64,000 nt of DNA, from positions 17,856,001 to 17,920,000 of the forward strand of contig OZ024740.1 in assembly GCA_964016885.1 (NCBI GenBank). Direction: 5' to 3'. Each line of letters begins with the position of its first letter. Position 1 is the stretch's first letter. The translations under genes and the position numbers were made by a program. The notes below the pieces were generated by a model that was not told the DNA's origin, made no database searches, and saw only the letters and a program-made list of their open reading frames with translations. Source of the stretch: Eledone cirrhosa. Taxonomy: Eukaryota. Of this stretch, positions 56,101-64,000 are shown in pieces.

Positions 56101-56271
56101 ACAAAGTGCAGGGCAATAAAGATAGACGGTAGTCACGGAATAGGCAGACCTAGGAAAACCTGGGACGAGCTGATAAACTCCGACATCACACACTTACACC
56201 TCTCCAAGACAATGTCACTGGACCGAGACCTTTGGCGGTACTCAGTAACAGAGAAGACCCGCCTTACCTAA
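53104..56271 (+). CDS. RTE LINE polyprotein (about 1055 aa): APE endonuclease, reverse transcriptase, PHD-like finger
   Basis: Uninterrupted ORF. EN motifs are GTINVGTL, IQET, SAYAPQ, GDLNGH, DYIL and SQH. RT motifs are KGKGD..NYRGIKL, QFGF, FVDLEKAFD, GVHQGSVLSPLLF and YADD. The RTE C-terminus is RRLRWYGHVMRM..GRPRKTW. The start is taken as the ATG at 53104; an upstream in-frame ATG at 53041 is also possible. Confidence 0.95.
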   Translation: MPKIKTNSPLGRECEHSLFRPRTANITPSPPAPHRPQPPNAIQNFRVGTINVGTLKGRANEVVEMLERKEVDVCCIQETRWRGGSARFIEGKKRCYKLFWVGNDDGLGGVGIMVAEKWADKIIDVNRVNDRIIKIRLVLNRTTVTVISAYAPQSGLPGTIKDRFYETLMLTTSQISDSDYIIIAGDLNGHVGQHCDGYNEIHGGYGFGTRNEEGSRILEFCDANNLTICNTNFKKRDNHLITYRSGEHTSQVDYILTRRRDRVSVVNTKSLPHEECTSQHRLIISDLIVRTRRTRQQKRTILRRKIWKIKDPTARNKFQSILLDAFDSKEEHLESDNIEGEWEFLKANLLLATDEVCGWSRPVGRRRVTWWWNSKVEGSIKAKKQAWKVWRDGGSREDYQVARREARRQVYLARREAEERKFKHVLQRDDQKREVFRIARQCVKENRDIVGEKCVLNDDGTLAITDADKKVAWKCHYERLLNEENKWEKDSLPHIDPIEGPAVLVEGSIISKAIKDMKTGKAAGPSEIVAEMLKASGTVGHTMVTRIVNQVVQNGVVPKDWHSSIIVNCYKGKGDALDRSNYRGIKLIDQVMKVTEKVIAQLIRERIDLDEMQFGFVSGKSTTDALFIVRQLQEKYLAKGKPLYLAFVDLEKAFDRVPRSIIWWALRKLGVDEWLVRAIQAMYKETVSKVRINNEYSEEFSVKVGVHQGSVLSPLLFIIALQAITEEFKTGCPWELLYADDLTLIAESMAELEKKFQTWKHGLESKGLKINLAKTKVLVCRKENKAAVPSGKWSCSVCRKGVGRNSILCPKCKVWVHKRCSGITGKLTKNIDFTCGRCSGAISSSKCPQTTSSFNCAEGSIEIVDSFRYLGDKISSGGGCSESTVARVRTGWKKFRELIPLLAAKGFSLKMKGRLYDACIRTAMLHGSETWALCAEDICRLERNEACMLRWMCNSNIRERQSINELRKKLEIRGIRCCLLERRLRWYGHVMRMKVDSCITKCRAIKIDGSHGIGRPRKTWDELINSDITHLHLSKTMSLDRDLWRYSVTEKTRLT

Positions 56272-57339
56272 ATATATAGTAAAACCTACTCCAGCCAGTA
56301 GGCATCTCTAACAAAATACACCCCGTCCCACCACCACCACCCCCACCCCATCCACACCACCCCGTTCTATGTAAAGTTATGTTGGTGCCGCGCCATCGAG
56401 GCCGAAACAAATGAGATCGTGTAGGTGTCACGACAAAAAACACACAGTCCACGCTGTAATGGGGCCGTGTAGGCAACACGGTAAAAACCTCCCAGACCCA
56501 CACTGTAAATGTGGTTGGTGTTAGGAAGGGCATCCAACTGTAGAAAACCTGCCAGACAGTCCTATGCGAGCAAGACAATCACTCTTGCCTCAAGTGGGAC
56601 TACCCCCGTCCAAACCCATGCAAGCGTGGAACACGGACGTTAAACGTTGATGATGATGATGATGATATACATAAATAAATACACACACATACACAAATAT
56701 ATATAGATTATAATAGGATGGGAACCATTCAAGTATGTTTACCATCACATATGGTGTTGTCTCAGTAAATTAATTCATGCTGAATAAATCTATTATGAAG
56801 ACTTAATTAATTATATCTAATTAGAATTACGATCTAATTAATGAGATATAATAGTTGAAATAATTACTACAATAAAGCTATTCTCGGGTAGACTTATTTA
56901 ATTCCTTTCTAAAGAATGGAATGTGACTGTGCCATGCTTGGCATGGACACACACATACACGCATGCTTGGCATGGACACACGCACATAAACACATGCTTT
57001 GCATATACACACGTGTGTGTGTCATGCTGTATGGACACACACATACACACATGCTTGGCATATACACACATGTATGTGTGAGTGTGTACATGTATGTAAG
57101 TTGACCTCTTAGTTGATATTGTTAATGTAAACGATATTTGTTTATGTTTCTCATAAACAGAAGTCCTGCAGCTCAATGGATTATTGTGTAAAAAATCAGT
57201 ACCTTACTTTATTTAAGAAAACAAGAGAGGATTAGAGTCTGTTGGGGCATTCATCGATAGAATTTTGAGCCAATAGTTATGTCCAAGTCATGCTGGTATG
57301 GATGATATGTGTGTATGTGTGTGTTTGTGTGAGAGTATA

Positions 57340-57688
57340 GTGCAGATGTCACAATAAAATGCACCCAGTACTCTCTGTTAAGGGATAGAGCTGGTGCTAT
57401 GTTAAAATGCACCCAGTACACTCTGTTAAGAGATAGACCTGGTGCTATGTTAAAATGCACCCAGTACGCTCTGTTGAGGGATAGAGCTGGTGCTATGTTA
57501 AAATGCACTCAGTACACTCTGTAAAGTGGTCGGCATTAAGGATGGCATCCAGTCCCAGAGTCAATGCCAAAAATGGAAGAAATGAGTAAACTATGCTTTT
57601 CCGACCTATGTAACCCCACCTGACCATGATAAACCATTTAACCCTAGGCAGTATGGAAAAGAGATGGAAAATGATGAAGATGATGATA
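57340..57688 (+). mobile_element. Diverged RTE/SINE 3' end containing a 48-bp internal tandem (about 3.5 copies, 57356-57522)
   Basis: AAAATGCACCCAGTACACTCTGTTAAGGGATAGAGCTGGTGCTATGTT is repeated, followed by GGCATCCAG and a (GAT)n tail. Confidence 0.7.
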
Positions 57689-57733
57689 TACATATACATT
57701 TATATATATATATGATACACATATATTTTATTA

Positions 57734-58922
57734 CAGGTAAAAATGCGGGCGCATGTAAAGAAATATTCTTAAATTAATAAACCTAGAAAAGTAAAGGACA
57801 AGTTATTACACTAGAAAAGTAAAGGACAAGAAAACTTCTTAAAACTTCTTAAAATATTGCAGCTATAGTATAAATTTGAATAATAAAAAATATTTGATTT
57901 AAATATACATAGAAAATGATAAATTCTAATAATACAGTTGACTCTCTAATTGATAATAATACTAATTTATGATCATTTATTTAATTTTGTGATCCTAATT
58001 TACACCATAGTGGTTGGGTCATTAAATAAATATACTTTATTTTACTTTACTAAATGGGACTGAAAAAATGAGTGACAATTATAAACATCAAATAAAACAA
58101 AATGTTGGCATGTAAATGACACTAACAATTAATTAATAATTAATTAGGGAGCCAACTGTAATGATAAATAATAACAAATTATAATTGTTTAATAATGAAA
58201 TTTAAGACCTGTCAGAGATCAAAATAACCAATCTACATTTTTAGGTAGAGTAAAATTAGACTACAATTAAAAATTAAACATTGTCTAATTCAACAGTTCA
58301 TCTAATGAATTGATGAATTCACTATAATTGATTGATTCACTATAAATGAATAATTGATGAATTGACTTTTACCTAATTTTGCCCCTTGAGATGTTGAATT
58401 TTACTATATTATAAAAAAAATCTGTAATACTCATAAAAAGTGCAATTATATGATGCACTGTTTTTGATTTATTTTACTGCATTATTTTATAACTAAATTT
58501 TTTAAAATATAATTTGATTAAGAGTGAACATTTTTAAATATCTTATAACATAAATTAATAAATTGTACATATTAATTATTATTATTATTAATTAATTATT
58601 GTACAAATTTTATTTTAAAAAGATTAATTTGTATACACCAAGAAAAAAATTAAGTATACAGTAGTCAACTCTCCCTATAAGACAGTCATTTTTCCAGTCC
58701 TTTAAAGTGATATTTTTTTAACAATTAACTTATAATTATTTATTTTTAGTTTTATAATCTAAATATTTTTTTTCAAATTTAGACTTTAGCTGCAATATTT
58801 TAAGAAGTTTTAAGAAGAAGTTTTCTTGTCCCTTACTTTTCCAGGTGTAATAACTTGTCCTTTACTTTTCTAGGTTTATTAATTTAAGAATATTTCTTTA
58901 CATGCGCCCGCATTTTTCCCTG
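57734..58922. mobile_element. Non-autonomous foldback/MITE with ~130-170-bp terminal inverted repeats, Tc1/mariner-like ends
   Basis: TA|CAGGTAAAAATGCGGGCGCATGTAAAG...TTGCAGCTA on the left and TAGCTGCAA...CTTTACATGCGCCCGCATTTTTCCCTG|TA on the right. The interior is AT-rich and non-coding. Confidence 0.85.
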
Positions 58923-59035
58923 TAATCCACTTTTTTTCCAGGCAATGCAAGGATATTATATTAATATTAAAAATATTTATCAACAAATAAGTTAAATAAA
59001 TAATAATGAATAGGAAGAAGTGCAGATAGGAAAAG

Positions 59036-59108
59036 TAATCAGGGTGGGAATCGAACCCATGATCTTCGGATTGCCGGTCCGCTGCTCTACCGACTGAGCT
59101 ACCTGACC
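59036..59108 (-). tRNA. tRNA-like sequence, nominal anticodon GGC (Ala); probably a pseudo-tRNA
   Basis: GGTCAGG TA GCTC AGTCGGTA GAGC A GCGGA CCGGCAA TCCGA AGATC ATGGG TTCGATT CCCAC CCTGATT A folds as a cloverleaf. It has C33 instead of U33 and one mismatch each in the anticodon and T stems. Confidence 0.6.
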
Positions 59109-59464
59109 ACAATTCACTACTGCACAATCTATCACTATTTTAATGTATTAGAAATTAGAAACAAACTAAGCGTTACTTATGTATGTAGTTCCTTACACTC
59201 TTTTGGTCCTCACTTATTTTTATGTAACCTTTTTTCTACTGAACCAAATTTCAATATTTTTATGTCAAAAAGTAGCTTATCTGTGGTCCTATAAAGTGCA
59301 AAAAACTGCATCCAATTCTATCAAAAATTGAATTAGTGACAAAGCTTTGAAGGTGTCGCGAGTGACCGAAATGGGACCTTAAGAATATTATACACCTACT
59401 ACCGTAGGTGTATGATATATATATGATATACACATATATTTTATATATACATATGATATACATA

Positions 59465-59820
59465 CCATGTTAAGGCTGCGCACAGTAGTGGGGTGGCTAG
59501 TGTGGCCATGTGTGAGAACCCCACGACCATCATCAAGCAATCACACAACAGGAAAAAGAACGGGACGTTGCATCTCAGAGTTGCCACACTTAATGTTGGC
59601 ACTCTAACAGATAGATCTGGTGAGATTGCAGAGATGCTGGAGAGAAGGTAGACCATGAACAACATGGGTAGAGGTGCTGAGAGCAGACTTCAAATCGCTG
59701 AAACTCACTGAGGAGATGACGAAGGACCGTGACAAGTGGAGAGATGCTGTGCTGAATAGGACCCATCCAACCCTTGCAAGCAGGGAAAAGAGGACGTAAA
59801 ATGATGATGATGATGATGAT
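59465..59820 (+). mobile_element. Internally deleted RTE derivative (EN N-terminus fused to ORF C-terminus)
   Basis: LRVATLNVGTLTDRSGEIAEMLERR joins directly to GRP*TTWVEVLRADFKSLKLTEEMTKDRDKWR, followed by a (GAT)n tail. Confidence 0.85.
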
Positions 59821-59974
59821 TTCATATATACATATGATATATATATATATTTTATATATACATATGATATACATATATTTTATATATATATGATATACAC
59901 ATATATTTTATATACATATGATATACATATACAGTTTATATAAATATGATATACATATATATTTTATATACATG

Positions 59975-60358
59975 TGAAGGCTCATGGCTTAGAGGTTAGA
60001 GCATTGGGCTTGCAATCGAAAGGTTGTGAGTTCAATTCTCAGACCGGGTTATGTGTTGTTTCCTTGAGCAAGACACTTTATTTCACATTGCTCCAGTTTA
60101 CTCAGCTGTAGAAATGAAATGATAGAGACTGTGGTCCATATCATTCCACTGCAAAGTGGTCGTGGAGGTGTCACGACAAAAAAGCACCCAGCCCACACTG
60201 TAAAGTGGACGTGTAGGTGCTACGGAAAAAAAAGCACCCAACACTCACTGTAAATGAGCAAGACAAGATCAGCTGACTGGACACTGCCCACAACAGGACA
60301 ACTCGTCTAACCCATGCTAGCATGGAAGAACGGATGTAAAATGATGATGATGATGATG
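59975..60358 (+). mobile_element. SINE family B, full length
   Basis: Matches 39991-40343 in head, CORE-like domain and (GAT)n tail. Confidence 0.9.
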
Positions 60359-60411
60359 CTATACATATATATTTTATATACATATGCTATACATATATAT
60401 TTTATATACAC

Positions 60412-60884
60412 GACAATGTCACTGGACCGAGATCTTTGGCGCTATGCAGTAATACAGAAGACCCACCTTCCCTACGTACAAAGTTAACCTACAGTCAGTA
60501 GGCCCCTCCTAACCAAATATACACCTCAATCCACTACCCTATCCTCCCACTCCCACCAACACCACCCTCTCTCTGTAAAGTTGGTACCACAACATCCAGT
60601 CCAAATAAATGAGATAACGAGATCGAGATCGAGTAGGTGTCACGACAAAAAAACACTCAGTCCACACTGTAATGTGGCCGTGTAGGTAACACGGTAAAAA
60701 GTTCCCAGTCCACACTGCAAATGTGGTTGGTGTTAGGAAGGGTATCCAGCCATAGAAAACCTGCTAGACAGTCCTATATGAGGGAGACATGGTCACCCGA
60801 CCAATCTTGCTTCAAGTGGCACAACTCCCATCTAACTCATGCTAGCGTGGAAGATGGACGTTAAACGAAGATGATGATGATGAT
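60412..60884 (+). mobile_element. Older 5'-truncated copy of the RTE LINE 3' end
   Basis: GACAATGTCACTGGACCGAGATCTTTGGCG... is collinear with 56208-56666 but more diverged. Confidence 0.9.
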
Positions 60885-60919
60885 ATACATATTTTATATA
60901 TATATGATATACATATATA

Positions 60920-61035
60920 CTACCTGCCCACCCACCTACTTACCTACCTACCCGTCCACCTGCTTACCTACCTACTCACCCACCTACTTACCTACCTGCC
61001 CACCCACCTACTTACTGACCTGCCCACCCACCTAT
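60920..61035. repeat. (CCTA/CCCA/CTTA) tetranucleotide-based tract
   Basis: Directly visible. Confidence 0.85.
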
Positions 61036-61420
61036 TAGTGCTCTAGATTATTGGAATGTATACAGAAGAAACCCATAATGAGGGCACCAGCAGTTTTTAA
61101 TTAACTAGCTTAATTTAGTTGGAGCTACTACCCTCCCCCTATCCTTACCCACATTTTATCCTACACTTTAAATACCATTCTGAATACCATGACCAACAGA
61201 TGAGAATTTATATTCTACACTTAAAAATAACACACACACAAAGTCCCCAGTTTATCCCACTTAATACCAGCCAACCTGTCCCCCCCCCCCCCCAAATAAA
61301 CCTGCTTCTGTTTCTATGAAACAACATATTTTAACAAGTTCCTATTTAAATTAAGATCTTTAAACATAATTTGACATAAGTTTTTGTTAAATCGTATTAC
61401 AAATACCATCTTTAAAAATA

Positions 61421-61610
61421 GTTTCTGAATTCGGCACAAGGCCAGCAAATTTGGGGGAAGGGAAAGTCGATTAAATCAGCCCCAGTGTGTCACTGGTACT
61501 TTATTTTATCAACCCCTGTAAGGATGAAAGGCAAAGCTACCCTCGGCAGGATTTTAACACAGAATGTAATGTTGTTCGATACTCTACCAATACTGTCAGT
61601 CCATCATCTT
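61421..61610 (-). mobile_element. SINE family A variant
   Basis: GGCACAAGGCCAGCAA...CTGGTACTTTATTTTATCAACCCC...GATGAAAGGCAAAG. Confidence 0.8.
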
Positions 61611-61829
61611 AATAATGAAATAATTAATTAATTAATTAATTAATTAAATTCCTGCAAATTCTTCATTAATCAATTTAAATACAGTGCATTATGAATATGC
61701 TAATGAAATTTGTCAGAGTATTGGACAAAATACCTCCTCCAGCTCCCTCATTCTTTTAGTTGAAACCTAACTCAACATTGCCTTTTGGGTTCAACAAAAT
61801 AAAATAAAGGAATGACCATAGGATTTGTA

Positions 61830-62125
61830 CCTAGAAAACTCTTCTCCAAGGCACAAGTCCAGGCAAGGTTGTTTGTTGAAGACTAGCAGTTTTCCATGGA
61901 TACCAGTCTCCCCTCTCCACACCATTGATGTTGTCCAAGGGAGAATGCAAAGTCCAATAGAGCACCAGTAACATCGCAACACATTTCTACAGCTGAGTAA
62001 ACTGGAGCAACATGAAAAAAAGTGTCTTGCTTAAGGATGGAACGCATCACGCAGTCTGATAATCAAACTCCCAACCTCATGATTGCAAGCCCAACACTTT
62101 AACCACTAAGTCATAAGGCTTCACA
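61830..62125 (-). mobile_element. SINE with family B head and CORE-like domain but a different 3' region
   Basis: CATTTCTACAGCTGAGTAAACTGGAGCAAC...GTGTCTTGCT...TAACCACTAAG is the reverse of the B head and core. The left boundary is uncertain. Confidence 0.7.
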
Positions 62126-62687
62126 AAAAGTATCAGTCCAGCAAGTATGTGGAATTGTGAGAGAAATACATAAGATGCCTTCAATATTTTCTATATTTCA
62201 TCTGCCTGTCACCCACCTCGTGGATTGTTTCTCTGCTGACCACTGGCCACTGATCTCTGAGGCATTTTTGCCCTTGGCTGTCATTGACAACATTTGGCTA
62301 TTTTAATAAATGTTCTAGTGATGAGTTTTCTCATTTTTCTATGAATTCCAATATACTCTCGCTTCATCTCGATCAGAGACAACAATATTTATTCATGCTT
62401 TCCAGCATTTGTTTTGACCTTTTGTGACATATTTGGGTGGTGGACTCTTAACACCACCACTTGACCTTTAGACACTTTTAGTGGAGTCCAATCAGTTGCA
62501 AGAGTTTGACCCATGTCTCAAGTTTAAGGATATCCTCCTCTCTTTTTACATCCCTCCTAATTTCTAAAGCCCTAAATAGGGTTACGAGCACAGACTTTCC
62601 TTCCCAGACAAAACAGTATAAAAGTTTCTTCTTTTTCTCATGTAAGAAAAATAGGCACATGAAAATTATTTCATTTTTTTTTCTCAA

Positions 62688-62908
62688 CCCTTTAGCATTT
62701 AAACCAGCCATATCCGGCCAGAATTCTTTCACCTATTTCTGTTCAAACTGGCTGTTAGCAGCCACTCATACTGATGTTAAGGTATGGTTCTCAAAGTAAA
62801 GAATATCAAAGTCCCATAGATTCGATACTATGTGAGATAATTATGTGAGGTAAAGCCTTTACCATGAAAATATAATACTAAATATAGAGTAATGTAAATG
62901 CTAAAGGG
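62688..62908. mobile_element. piggyBac-like MITE
   Basis: 14-bp TIR CCCTTTAGCATTTA / TAAATGCTAAAGGG, flanked by TCAA (left) and TTAA (right). Confidence 0.8.
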
Positions 62909-62959
62909 TTAAAGCTATAAGTTGTTCCAGATGTTATATTGTTTAACCCTTTTGATATC

Positions 62960-63182
62960 AAATCACCAGAAATTGCCTGGAAGTGCTTGAAACTACCTAA
63001 AGCCACCAGAAACTGCTCGAAACCAGCAGAAACTGCTTGGAACCACCTGAAACTACTAGAAACTGCCTAAAACCACCAAAAACTGCTTGAAACTGCCAGA
63101 AACCATCAGAAAACTGCCTGAAACTACCATAAAACTGCCTGGAACTACCATAAAACTGCCTGAGAACACCAGAAACTGGCCC
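62960..63182. repeat. 20-bp minisatellite (AAACCACCAGAAACTGCCTG-like), about 11 diverged units
   Basis: Direct repeats starting just after TTAA-CCCTTTTGAT (62943), a possible second piggyBac-like end. Confidence 0.8.
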
Positions 63183-63294
63183 TGGTTCTGTGATACAGAA
63201 TTATTTTATGGTGTTTTTATTTATCTAAAACTATTCCAGTATAAATTAATGTAAGAACCTTTACTAAGTTATGTTCCAAACACAAACTTAATAA

Positions 63295-63430
63295 TGGTTT
63301 CTAATGTAGGTAGAAGGCCAACAATTTTGAGAGGAGGAGTAAGTCGATTAAATCAACCCCAGTACGAAACTGGTACTTTATTTTATCGACCCTTGTAGGA
63401 TGAAAGGCAGAGTGACCTCAGCAGGATTAA
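63295..63430 (-). mobile_element. SINE family A variant, 5'-truncated
   Basis: CTGGTACTTTATTTTATCGACCC...GGATGAAAGGCAG. Confidence 0.8.
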
Positions 63431-63460
63431 AGCTTAATAATGAGCTTAATAATGATTAAA

Positions 63461-63788
63461 GCTTAGTGGTTAGAGCAGTGGCCTTGCAATCGAAAGGTTG
63501 TGAGTTCCATTCTCAGACCAGGTGGTGTGTTGTTTCCTTGAGCAAGACACTTTATTTCACATTGCTCCAGTTTACTCAGCTGTAGAAATGAGATGACAGG
63601 GACTGGGGTCCCTATCATTCCACTGCAAAGTGGTCGTGGAGGTGCCACGGCAAAAAAGCGCCCATCACTCACTGTAAATGAGGTTGGTGTTAGGAAGGGC
63701 ATCCAGCTGTAGAAATCAAGCCAGAATCAGTTCCTGTCCCACCCTTGCAAGCAGGGAAAAGCGGACGTAAAATGAAATGAATGAATGA
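63461..63788 (+). mobile_element. SINE family B, near full length
   Basis: Close match to 40002-40330. Confidence 0.9.
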
Positions 63789-64000
63789 GCATGCTAATTA
63801 TATTATTAATTCCCTCTAAATTCATGATTATTTTCAAAATGATATAGAGGCTGTTTTAGTAGGGGTATGTATCTGAGAATGATTATAGTGTGTTAGGAGT
63901 ATCAGTCTTTGCCAATCAGCCATTTTGTATATAAATTACTGGCATATACTCGCATATAGGTTGCACTTTTTTAACGATAAATAAGCAAACATTTTCGGGG

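Larger units (their letters stand above)
52848..56666 (+). mobile_element. Apparently full-length RTE-clade non-LTR retrotransposon
   Basis: C-rich 5' leader, a single long ORF, a ~390-bp 3'UTR and a (GAT)n tail at about 56650-56666. The 5' boundary is inferred from where the upstream duplication ends. No TSD was seen. Confidence 0.9.

Noticed and set aside
63938-64000. Tigger/pogo-like MITE end (TACTGGCATATACTCGCATATAGG)
   Set aside because: The resemblance is from memory only, and the partner end lies outside the window.

Overview
Eukaryotic, repeat-only DNA with no recognisable host gene. The repeat content resembles an octopus or other coleoid cephalopod genome; this is inferred from remembered SINE/RTE families and was not verified. 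Positions 1-32.7 kb are one 56/58-bp tandem satellite with nested higher-order duplications. The remaining 31 kb holds: one apparently intact RTE-clade LINE ORF (APE endonuclease, RT and an embedded PHD-like finger) with two truncated sister copies; several internally deleted RTE derivatives; two tRNA-headed SINE families; a CR1-type fragment; Penelope-like remnants with decayed hammerhead motifs; Tc1/mariner-like and piggyBac-like MITEs; a tRNA-like unit; and many mini- and microsatellites. Nearly all short ORFs in the track are artefacts of repeats. The most notable pattern is that some tandem arrays can be traced to retroelement junctions. One is a 30-bp unit made of a SINE target site plus SINE tail, and another is a 28-bp unit spliced from two pieces of a Penelope RT ORF. 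All family assignments come from motif recognition by eye, and repeat boundaries are approximate.
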